Positions 1-7,428 of a DNA stretch of 24,000 bases are shown piece by piece. Origin of the DNA: Verrucomicrobiales bacterium. Its GTDB lineage: Bacteria > Verrucomicrobiota > Verrucomicrobiia > Verrucomicrobiales > DEV007. Within the stretch, counting starts at the first letter, position 1, and each line of letters begins with the position of its first letter. The position numbers and the translations under genes were made by a program. The notes beneath the pieces are model-generated. The model saw only the letters and a list, made by a program, of their open reading frames with translations, had not been told where the DNA came from and made no database searches. The DNA is taken from the NCBI GenBank assembly GCA_012960505.1, contig DUBC01000038.1, forward strand, positions 1 to 24,000. Direction: 5' to 3'.

Positions 1-1094
1 GGATCAGTTTTAGTCTCCTCGTACTCATCAATGTCCGTTAACCCGTCCCCGTCAAAGTCTCCGGTCCCTGAACCAGGACCAGGACCAGCACCGTTACCGT
101 TCAAATCATCAAGGTTATCAACGAGCGCTTCTTCCCAGGCATCGGGAATCCCGTCATTGTCGGCGTCGAGATCAAACTTATCAGTGGCCATACCGTTGCC
201 CAGGTCATCAAGGACAAGACCAATGCCCTCATCACCAAGATCCGAAAGTGCTCCTGGATTTTCCGGATCGAGACCGGACACAGGTGACCATGTGATTCCG
301 GTAACCTCACCGGCGTCGTCGTCATCGAAAAGAGTAAACAGTTCGGCCGCCTGGACGGGAGAATAGTCGAGGCCACTCAAACGAAGGTTACGAATCGCGT
401 TGACCTGATGGATGGATAACTCACCCGAGAAAACAAAGATATCATCGACGATTGCGTCGAGATCCTGGTTGTCGTATCGACCGATCTCAATTTCGAGCTC
501 TCCGGGCGCGTTGCCGCCATCTCCAGAACTGGAAATAGTGCTACTGATGATAGTGTCAGCAACAGCATCACCAACATAGAGTATCGCGCGGTTCTCTAGT
601 TTACTGAAAGTGGCTACCACATATTCCCAACTGCCCGGGGTCGGAACAATACCTGAATTGGTGTTACCACCACTTGCGATCGACCATTGAAGGTTGTGAA
701 GGTTGATACCCCGGTCCCAACCTCCATTGTCGATAGCCATGAATCCTGGAAAACCTTCCGCTGTTTCAAGGTTCACCCAACCGCCAAAGCTAACCTCTTC
801 CAACACGTCGGGGTTAGCATCAATCGGGATATTAATCGTTCCGCCAGTATTCCCTCCGCCATTGGCATCCGGGTCATTGATGTCAGCGCCACGGCCTCGA
901 AAGCCATCCGTAAAAGATACTTCGTCCGGGTTCTGGGTAGGCACCGCGGTGTTGTCGTTGCCAGAGACATCGTCATAGCTGTCCTCGAATGGGTAGTAGC
1001 CAAGAAGGCTTTGGCCTTTCAACGAAGGAACAAAAACAAAAACCGCCACAACGATAAAAATATTACTAAACCTATGAAAATTTAATTGTCTCAT
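1..1094 (-). CDS. Secreted LamG (concanavalin-A-like lectin/glucanase) domain protein with Asp-rich thrombospondin-type-3-like Ca-binding motifs. The C-terminus is cut by the window edge.
   Basis: This ORF is not in the supplied track because it has no stop inside the window. My manual minus-strand translation from the ATG at 1094-1092 stays open down to base 3 (364 codons). The N-terminus MRQLNFHRFSNIFIVVAVFVFVPSLKGQS looks like a signal peptide. The core (VSFGGWVNLETAEGFPGFMAIDNGGWDRGINLH, GSWEYVVATFSKLENRAILYVGD, LEIEIGRYDNQDLDAIVDDIFVFSGELS) fits the LamG/Laminin_G_3 pattern. The tail motifs DLDADNDGIPDAWE and DFDGDGLTDIDEYE are DxDxDG calcium-binding motifs. The + strand ORFs listed in this region are antisense shadows. 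Confidence 0.8.
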   Translation of the reverse strand, partial: MRQLNFHRFSNIFIVVAVFVFVPSLKGQSLLGYYPFEDSYDDVSGNDNTAVPTQNPDEVSFTDGFRGRGADINDPDANGGGNTGGTINIPIDANPDVLEEVSFGGWVNLETAEGFPGFMAIDNGGWDRGINLHNLQWSIASGGNTNSGIVPTPGSWEYVVATFSKLENRAILYVGDAVADTIISSTISSSGDGGNAPGELEIEIGRYDNQDLDAIVDDIFVFSGELSIHQVNAIRNLRLSGLDYSPVQAAELFTLFDDDDAGEVTGITWSPVSGLDPENPGALSDLGDEGIGLVLDDLGNGMATDKFDLDADNDGIPDAWEEALVDNLDDLNGNGAGPGPGSGTGDFDGDGLTDIDEYEETKTD

Positions 1095-1216
1095 TTTAGT
1101 GTTAATTTTTTTGTTATTTGAACAATTAATATTTTAGAAAATTTAGAGTACAATAGTCAATTCAATTAATTAAAGTAGAATTATTTATACACAAAACTGA
1201 TCATGGTGGGACTTCA

Positions 1217-3244
1217 TCAGTTCACTGGTAAGGTTTCGCGATATGGTCGTTTCTTCAAGTATCCTTCGCGTCGCTTCTGCAACAATCCCATTATTCTCTT
1301 ATCTTTCGCGGCCAATGCCAGTCCGATGGCGGCATCGACAGTTTTCACTGCAACGACAAAATCACCATTAGCGGCCTGTGCCGCAGCGAGAGTATCAAGA
1401 ACGCGCAAATTAGATTTTTTTGACGCCTTAGCACTTTGCTCCGCGAGCTTGAGAGCCTCGACCGGATTGTAGATCTCTGCATCGGTGTGAGTCGCCAGTA
1501 ACCAAGCCAATTCATTGATGACAAGCAGTGAATCGGGCTGCAAATTCAGTGCTTCACGAAACAATCGTTCGGCCTCAGTGGCCCGCCCCAATCGCACCAG
1601 CGAATGTCCATACCACAATTTGGCCATCGTGTCCTCAGGATTAATCGAGCTTAAGTAATGCAAGTGCCGGGCAGCGTTGACATGATCGTTAGTCTGAATC
1701 AATGATAGGCTAAGCATTTTCCGCGTATTATGCACCTGAGGTTGCTCGATCACCACTTTACGTAAATGTGGGAGGGCTTCGATATAGCGCTGCATGCGAA
1801 ACAAAAGCGTCGCTAGTTCGAGACGTGCGCGCGTTTTCTTGGAATCCAATTTTATCGCATGAGCGAAGGCCTTGATTGACTCGTTAAAGTTTTTTTGGAA
1901 GCGTAATTCAGAACCGACGATAAAGTATGACTCGGCGAGATCACGGTTCGCCCGCTCATCACCACTAACAGTGAACTGATCAAGATAATGCTTGGCAGCT
2001 TCTGGCTGTCCGAAGCTCATGAATTTGTCGAGCATACCCGTCGGAGTCGCTGGCCAGGGTCCTTCTATCCATGTTCCTTGGAAGTGAGAAGCTTCCACGT
2101 TTAAAACTTCCTTAGTCGCTCCAAGCAGAGCCACGTCAGTCGCTAATCGTTTAACCTCTACTGGTCCCTTGTAGATTACCGCTATACGACCCTTCGCGTC
2201 CAACAGGATACTACTGGGAACCGGCAACGATTCATATTTGTCGATCTGTGCACGGCCGGCCACTTCGAGCACTTCGAGGAAACCTGCGTCTGCAAGCCCC
2301 ACGGTGAACGGAAACTTTCTCTTTTCCAAGAATGGCTTCACAATCGCGCGTCGCTCAGCTACTGGATTGTCGAGTTTGTCGACGCTAAGTGCCAAAATAT
2401 CGATCCCGAGTTCACGTAGCGTCGCCTGTTTCTTTGTCCAACTGTCCATCTCGGCGATGCAGGGCGCACACCAAGTTGCCCAAAGATTAATTAGGCGTGG
2501 ACGCCCACGTTCGACGGCGATTGTTTTCTTACCATCAAGTTCGAGGTATCTGGCCTCAGGAAACGGTAGCCGCGAAGCCATCACTATACGTGCAGATTCT
2601 GATGGTAAGACAATATCCTTTGCCACCGGGATAGTTTGTAGAGGTTTAACTTTCGTCGGAACTTGCCATTTATGTGCCTTGCCAGATCCCTGTTCTACCA
2701 TGAAAAAATGACCCGGTTCGACTCCAGTAATCTCCTCACTCTTTCCGCCAGGCCAGAGAACTTTCAAACCTTTAATCTGCGCCCCATCGGCAATTCCGAA
2801 ATGAATCCACTTACTCGACTGTGCGAGGAAACCTTCACCGGCCCGCAAGGTAAGTATCTGCTTCGACGGTGTTCCTTCCAACAACAATTCAACGCGCGCC
2901 CCAACCGCATCACGATTGCAGCTGACGCCTATGAGTCTCACTGAAACAAAATTATTACGTGTCTGCGAACGGTTATGTTGCAGTCGTATCCGCGGTGCGG
3001 TGCGGTTACTAATCCAAAAATCAAGCTTACCATCGAAATCCCAATCGGTAACCGCGATGGCCCTTCCATCGTCCATCAGGTCAAGTCCACAAGCTCCTGA
3101 AATGTCAGCGAACTGGGGTTGCCCGCCACCAAGATTGAGAAATGCGCAATTGCGTTCAAACCCGCTGTAAGAACGTCCTTCTTCGAGCATCGTATTCAGT
3201 GCCTTCCACGCTTTACGATAAGCAAAGATTCTATTCAGATTCAT
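1217..3244 (-). CDS. UnbV/ASPIC domain, TlpA-like thioredoxin domain (WCAPC) and TPR repeats. Probably the C-terminal part of one CRTAC1-family protein together with 3290..5140.
   Basis: The 675-aa ORF starts inside an FG-GAP-like blade (AVTDWDFDGKLDFWISN). It continues with the UnbV_ASPIC pattern (NRDAVGARVELLLEG...RAGEGFLAQSSKWIHFGI...LKVLWPGGKSEEI). A redoxin motif LINLWATWCAPCIAEM follows, then a C-terminal TPR region (ALNLQPDSLLVINELAWLLATH). The ORF has no signal peptide of its own, although the thioredoxin module is of the exported TlpA type. Confidence 0.85.
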   Translation of the reverse strand: MNLNRIFAYRKAWKALNTMLEEGRSYSGFERNCAFLNLGGGQPQFADISGACGLDLMDDGRAIAVTDWDFDGKLDFWISNRTAPRIRLQHNRSQTRNNFVSVRLIGVSCNRDAVGARVELLLEGTPSKQILTLRAGEGFLAQSSKWIHFGIADGAQIKGLKVLWPGGKSEEITGVEPGHFFMVEQGSGKAHKWQVPTKVKPLQTIPVAKDIVLPSESARIVMASRLPFPEARYLELDGKKTIAVERGRPRLINLWATWCAPCIAEMDSWTKKQATLRELGIDILALSVDKLDNPVAERRAIVKPFLEKRKFPFTVGLADAGFLEVLEVAGRAQIDKYESLPVPSSILLDAKGRIAVIYKGPVEVKRLATDVALLGATKEVLNVEASHFQGTWIEGPWPATPTGMLDKFMSFGQPEAAKHYLDQFTVSGDERANRDLAESYFIVGSELRFQKNFNESIKAFAHAIKLDSKKTRARLELATLLFRMQRYIEALPHLRKVVIEQPQVHNTRKMLSLSLIQTNDHVNAARHLHYLSSINPEDTMAKLWYGHSLVRLGRATEAERLFREALNLQPDSLLVINELAWLLATHTDAEIYNPVEALKLAEQSAKASKKSNLRVLDTLAAAQAANGDFVVAVKTVDAAIGLALAAKDKRIMGLLQKRREGYLKKRPYRETLPVN

Positions 3245-3255
3245 TGATTCGTCGG

Positions 3256-3281
3256 GTGATTGCGACGAGACCCGCCGCCAC
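3256..3281 (-). promoter_or_regulatory. SECIS-like mRNA hairpin candidate downstream of the in-frame UGA at 3292-3290
   Basis: The minus-strand RNA reads UGA AGCUUUGCGUG GCGGCG GGUCU CGUCGC AAUCAC. Numbering the U of UGA as nt 1, GCGGCG (nt 15-20) pairs with CGUCGC (nt 26-31). That gives 6 bp including one G-U, closing a GGUCU loop. A possible 3-bp lower stem pairs GUG (12-14) with CAC (35-37). The core hairpin is at 3262-3278. Confidence 0.35.
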
Positions 3282-3289
3282 GCAAAGCT

Positions 3290-5140
3290 TCACAAGTCTC
3301 CGCTGTCCCCAGCGGAGATCATTCCATTAGCAACCACCAAGTCTTGTCTACCGTCATTATCTAGGTCAATAAAGTTCGAACTCCATGCCCAACGCGCCAT
3401 ATTGGCTCCGGATGACTGTGTCTTATCAAAAAAGGTTCCATCGCCCGCATTAAGGTAAACGGAGTTTCCGCGTGCGTGGCGGCGCGCTTGTGCTCTTGTC
3501 GCTTTATCTGCCCCTGGAAGGAACTGCTTCTGTAAGGTAATACGGTTACCTGCATTGGACCACATATTGGCAACATAGAGATCAGGATGACCGTCGTTGT
3601 TGTAATCTCCCCACGCTGCTGACATTCCCGGTCCGATGTCTAAAACTTTTGCCTGTTTGGCAATATCAACGAAAACATGCCTCCCCGGTTCGATTTCGTC
3701 ATTACGGAACAAGTTCTTACGACCGAAGTCGTTAGCGACATAGATGTCCTGATCTCCATCATTGTCAAAGTCCTCCCAAGCGCAGGCAAGACTGAAACGC
3801 TGATTATTAACGTCCATGCCAACCGCTTTGGTCACATCGTTGAAAATAAAATCTCCATCGTTTTGAAATAGGGTGTTCGGACCTCCGTTATTGGCATCGT
3901 AATACGGCATAGGAATTCCTAATGCGCCTTGCTCCGCCTTAATCGCACCACTAGCGTCCCGTCCACAGACATAAATATCCAGATCGCCGTCATTGTCGTA
4001 ATCTGCAGCCGCCATCGAATTCACCTGACCCTCACTTCTGAAACCTCCACGTGGTGTAAAGTGCCCTTTGCCGTCGTTTTCCATAAGAAAAAGCTTCCAA
4101 GCAAGACCTATCGCAAGATCTTGATCTCCGTCATTGTCTAAATCGATCAGTAGAGCACTACGACAAAAATCGAGTATATCGACACCAGATTCAGTCGAAG
4201 CGTCTCGGGCTGTGCCGTCAACCTGATGAATAAGTAGCCGGTTCGGAAGGCCCCCGGGCTGAAGAATATATACGTCATCAAGCTTGTCACCGTTGACATC
4301 ACCGACAATAACACCCTGCGCGCCAAGCAGATCAGCTACTAAACTCTTGTCCGAGCGGGCGCGCCAGTAATCAAAACTCATCGCCAGTTGCTCACGGTAA
4401 CTCGCCACGTCAGAAAGTAACGCGGGAGCCACATCAATAAATTCAATAACTCCATTTTTTCCTGGAGCCACTTCGCGGTAATCACTGACCCGAATTGAGT
4501 GTAATTTCGGCGGATCAGCAAGTATCCATTGACAGTGCCATGTCGATGTCACCTGTCTTCGTCCTTTGGTTGTTTTCCCATGCATCTCGAAGAGCATCTT
4601 GGTCAAGATTAGATCTCCCTTTACTTCCACATGCATGACCTTGAACTTTGCGCGCCTTTCAGATGCATTTTTCAGGACATTTGCCAAGTAATTCAATGCT
4701 TCGGTAAAGCCTTCAACACCTCTCCGAACGGATTTCTTCGTCTTTTCGCTATCGGTAACCGGACGACTAATACGCATGGATCCACCTTCATTGATGGTCT
4801 CAAGATTAGTGAAACGCAGTGGCCCACTAATGAACCCATCAGCCAGACGCACTTCGAGTTCCTTGGCTGCTAGGCCGTCAGGATGGACCAACAGCTTGGC
4901 TATCGATTTCATCTCAATCGATACAGCTTCGCTGAAACTTTCACTTTCCCAGCCATTCTCTCCAGGATCGATGTTAACAAACTCATCTACCAACCGCCGG
5001 TGGAATTCAAGTCCGTCCGATCTTCCGGAGACAGTTTCGCTATCTGCCCACACATTACCTATCACGCCTAATAACAGTGAAACCACTAGCACAATAGCAG
5101 TATCGAGCCATGATCGATTTGTTAGGCTCCTGCTATTCAT
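3290..5140 (-). CDS. FG-GAP/VCBS repeat protein with N-terminal signal anchor (N-terminal part of a CRTAC1-family protein)
   Basis: The 616-aa ORF has an N-terminal hydrophobic segment, WLDTAIVLVVSLLLGVIGNVWA. It carries repeated FG-GAP Ca-binding blades (GDVNGDKLDDVYI, DLDNDGDQDLAI, DYDNDGDLDIYV, DFDNDGDQDIYV, DYNNDGHPDLYV, DLDNDGRQDLVV). It ends at a TGA that is in the same frame as the next ORF. Confidence 0.85.
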   Translation of the reverse strand: MNSRSLTNRSWLDTAIVLVVSLLLGVIGNVWADSETVSGRSDGLEFHRRLVDEFVNIDPGENGWESESFSEAVSIEMKSIAKLLVHPDGLAAKELEVRLADGFISGPLRFTNLETINEGGSMRISRPVTDSEKTKKSVRRGVEGFTEALNYLANVLKNASERRAKFKVMHVEVKGDLILTKMLFEMHGKTTKGRRQVTSTWHCQWILADPPKLHSIRVSDYREVAPGKNGVIEFIDVAPALLSDVASYREQLAMSFDYWRARSDKSLVADLLGAQGVIVGDVNGDKLDDVYILQPGGLPNRLLIHQVDGTARDASTESGVDILDFCRSALLIDLDNDGDQDLAIGLAWKLFLMENDGKGHFTPRGGFRSEGQVNSMAAADYDNDGDLDIYVCGRDASGAIKAEQGALGIPMPYYDANNGGPNTLFQNDGDFIFNDVTKAVGMDVNNQRFSLACAWEDFDNDGDQDIYVANDFGRKNLFRNDEIEPGRHVFVDIAKQAKVLDIGPGMSAAWGDYNNDGHPDLYVANMWSNAGNRITLQKQFLPGADKATRAQARRHARGNSVYLNAGDGTFFDKTQSSGANMARWAWSSNFIDLDNDGRQDLVVANGMISAGDSGDL

Positions 5141-5269
5141 GTGTCGATCTTATACACACAAAGCATGCTTCGACAATAAAACTTGGAAACGTTGAAGAAA
5201 AAAGAAACAGTTTTTCTCTTAATCCACCTAACTTGTTAACTTGATAATTATATCCGTTAGTTAAGAAAA

Positions 5270-5352
5270 TACCAGGGACAAGAATCGAACTTGCACTCCC
5301 AAAGGGAACCAGATCCTAAATCTGGCGCGTCTACCAGTTTCGCCACCCTGGC
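5270..5352 (-). tRNA. tRNA-Leu, anticodon UAG, class II with long variable arm; CCA not encoded
   Basis: The minus strand reads GCCAGGGUGGCGAAACUGGUAGACGCGCCAGAUUUAGGAUCUGGUUCCCUUUGGGAGUGCAAGUUCGAUUCUUGUCCCUGGUA. The acceptor stem is GCCAGGG/CCCUGGU with a G1-U72 wobble. The anticodon stem is CCAGA/UCUGG with loop UU-UAG-GA. The variable arm stem is CCC/GGG and the T-loop is UUCGAUU. I folded this by hand. Confidence 0.85.
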
Positions 5353-5464
5353 TTTATTAAACTAATAACCAGTATTTAATCCTCTTATCGACAATGTCAA
5401 CCTCGACAAAGACACTTCGCTTCAAAATTAATTAATTTAATGAAGTTCTATTAAATGAACCACA

Positions 5465-5902
5465 TTACAAACATGCTGGACATTGACCGAAAAATTCGAG
5501 TTCATGGTATATGCCAGAGAAACCGCTACTCGCCATCACCTCTTTTTCCAGAGTCTCAACTGGACATTTAATACTCAGAGTCTCAATTTTTCCGCAATCA
5601 GTACAGACAAGATAATCATTATGCTCGCCAGGATAAGAAAAAATGTAATAAGCCGCTCGCTCTTGAAAACCCAACTTTCTAATAACACCCTTACCTACAA
5701 GCCTTCCTAACAATCTAAAGACTGTAGCACGATCACATTGATTGCAAAGCCCATCAGATTCACAAAGATCAGCCAATGTCTGAGGCTTCTGAAATGTTAT
5801 CAGCACTTTTAAAAGTTCACGCATAGCCTTGGTTCGGCGCAAACCTCGTTCACTGCATGTCTGTATTGCCCAGTCGAGGCGATCTTGGATCTCTTTATCC
5901 AT
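5465..5902 (-). CDS. Fur-family transcriptional regulator; Fur, Zur or PerR type not resolved
   Basis: The 145-aa ORF has a winged-helix region (ATVFRLLGRLVGKGVIRK). It has the two C-terminal CxxC pairs of the Fur-family structural Zn site (CTDC at 100-103, CPAC at 141-144). It is divergent from msrB. Confidence 0.8.
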   Translation of the reverse strand: MDKEIQDRLDWAIQTCSERGLRRTKAMRELLKVLITFQKPQTLADLCESDGLCNQCDRATVFRLLGRLVGKGVIRKLGFQERAAYYIFSYPGEHNDYLVCTDCGKIETLSIKCPVETLEKEVMASSGFSGIYHELEFFGQCPACL

Positions 5903-6047
5903 TTATTAGTACAATATGATTTATTTAGTATAATTACATGATTTTCAACAATATTAATTACATCAATTAAGTGTTCTTATGCCCAGTTGCACTCTTACCA
6001 AAATATCGCTAAACTTTAAGCAATAACTTTATAACTCATTTAACTAC

Positions 6048-6746
6048 ATGAAACCGCTCATTAGTATACTGGTAATATTAGTCTTAGGTATTTTTACATG
6101 TTCTTGTGATCATAGTGGAAACTCCACAACGAAAAAACCTGGAAAAACAAATTCCCCTGAAACGGAAAAACAGAATGTAAATGAAAAAGAAACTGAGCCA
6201 GTTACCATAAAAACTGAAACAGAAGTCGCACAAAAAAAACCCATTAAAAAACCGGAGCCAAAACAAATGCAAAAAAGGAAAGCATATGAGCCTCTCAGCG
6301 ATGAACAGCTAAGGAAAACTCTAACTCCACTACAATATCAAGTAACCAAACATGAAGCCACTGAGCGACCTTGGATTAATAAATTTGATGAACACTTCGA
6401 GGAAGGTATTTACGTATGTATTATTTCAGGAGAACCTCTTTTTTCATCTAAAGATAAATACGACTCGGGCTGTGGATGGCCAGCTTTCACCAAACCTATC
6501 AATTCAAAAGAAATAGTAAGCAGCACCGATTTTAAAATTGGTTACGCTAGGACCGAAGTCAGAGCAAAGACAGGAAACTCACACCTCGGTCACATTTTTC
6601 CAGACGGTCCAAAATCAAAGGGGGGGCTTAGATATTGTATCAATTCAGCCTCATTGCGTTTCATTCCTAAGGACAAACTCGCCGATGAAGGTTATGGCGA
6701 ATACGTTCAACTCTTCGAAGAAAATGTTAAGGAAATTCCTCAGTGA
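6048..6746 (+). CDS. msrB: Peptide-methionine (R)-S-oxide reductase MsrB with N-terminal signal/lipoprotein-like peptide and a Lys/Glu/Pro-rich linker
   Basis: The SelR/MsrB core is present: [18 protein letters not shown], the resolving Cys in [15 protein letters not shown], and the catalytic Cys in [16 protein letters not shown]. The first ~85 aa are [20 protein letters not shown] followed by a low-complexity KKP/ETE linker. Confidence 0.9.
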   Translation: MKPLISILVILVLGIFTCSCDHSGNSTTKKPGKTNSPETEKQNVNEKETEPVTIKTETEVAQKKPIKKPEPKQMQKRKAYEPLSDEQLRKTLTPLQYQVTKHEATERPWINKFDEHFEEGIYVCIISGEPLFSSKDKYDSGCGWPAFTKPINSKEIVSSTDFKIGYARTEVRAKTGNSHLGHIFPDGPKSKGGLRYCINSASLRFIPKDKLADEGYGEYVQLFEENVKEIPQ

Positions 6747-7042
6747 TTAATCCAGAGGGGATTCAGGCAATTGGTGAGGAAATCGCTATCCGGTGGGATA
6801 ACGGAACCGAAACGTACTGCTCAATGGAAAAGTTGCGCAAAGAATCCCCAAGCGCAGAGAATAAAGGAGAAACTGATCTCACAGGAAATAGGATAGGAGG
6901 TTGCGATCAGAAAACCTTTCCTGGAGTAAAAGTCACTGGTTGGGAAATGATTGGAGGTTATGCAATTCAATTCACCTTTAGTGATGGGCATAATACAGGA
7001 ATATTTAGTTACGATCTCCTCCAAGAACTTTCCTCTTCGTAG
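6743..7042 (+). CDS. DUF971 (gamma-butyrobetaine hydroxylase N-terminal-like) small protein
   Basis: The GTG start overlaps the msrB stop (GTGA). The pattern [12 protein letters not shown]...[13 protein letters not shown]...[23 protein letters not shown] matches my recollection of DUF971. Confidence 0.7.
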   Translation: MINPEGIQAIGEEIAIRWDNGTETYCSMEKLRKESPSAENKGETDLTGNRIGGCDQKTFPGVKVTGWEMIGGYAIQFTFSDGHNTGIFSYDLLQELSSS

Positions 7043-7050
7043 AAAATTAA

Positions 7051-7359
7051 CTATACATCTTCTTTCAACTCGTCTTCTTTCGCGGACTCCTTTTCCTCAA
7101 TATATACCCACTCATCTTGTTGCTCTGAGCGCAAAAAATAATTAATTAAAATCACAAGAGAAAAGCCGAACAGACCAAGCGTGATTTCCAAAAGTCCCGG
7201 AGTAAAAAATATTGGTAATATATTAGCGAAAGCGTCACGGATAAGCTCAAATGTCTGTCTGAAAAACAGCACACAGATAAGAATGGGCCCCACAAAAAAA
7301 CCTATCCAGAACGGCCCTAATCTCTTGCGTTTCTTGTTCGAAAAATTACCTGCCTTCAT
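7051..7359 (-). CDS. Small hypothetical membrane protein with acidic C-terminal tail
   Basis: The 102-aa ORF has a basic N-terminus (KKRKR) and two or three hydrophobic spans (GPFWIGFFVGPILICVLFF, LLEITLGLFGFSLVILINYF). I recognise no family. Confidence 0.55.
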   Translation of the reverse strand: MKAGNFSNKKRKRLGPFWIGFFVGPILICVLFFRQTFELIRDAFANILPIFFTPGLLEITLGLFGFSLVILINYFLRSEQQDEWVYIEEKESAKEDELKEDV

Positions 7360-7428
7360 TTTTTATATATAGATTCTAGCCGCATTTCACGCTTTGCAAT
7401 AAGATTAAGTTCATTGAGGATTATTATC

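Noticed and set aside
31-1085. Plus-strand ORFs 31..366, 687..1085 and 703..978, and minus-strand ORFs 101..376, 377..577 and 773..1003, from the track
   Set aside because: All of them overlap the long, motif-rich minus-strand LamG reading frame (1..1094). Their translations are low-complexity Ser/Pro/Arg-rich, as expected for antisense or off-frame shadows in GC-richer DNA.
2238-5195. Plus-strand ORFs inside the CRTAC1-like genes (2238..2711, 2663..2944, 2916..3170, 3142..3330, 4631..4873, 4776..5195 and others)
   Set aside because: They are antisense to ORFs with clear FG-GAP, UnbV, thioredoxin and TPR motifs. They have no motifs of their own and are typical shadow ORFs.
5196-5217. Hairpin AGAAAAA-N8-TTTTTCT downstream of tRNA-Leu, considered as a terminator
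   Set aside because: The stem is only 7 bp, with 6 A-T pairs and one G-C pair, so predicted stability is too low to call a rho-independent terminator.
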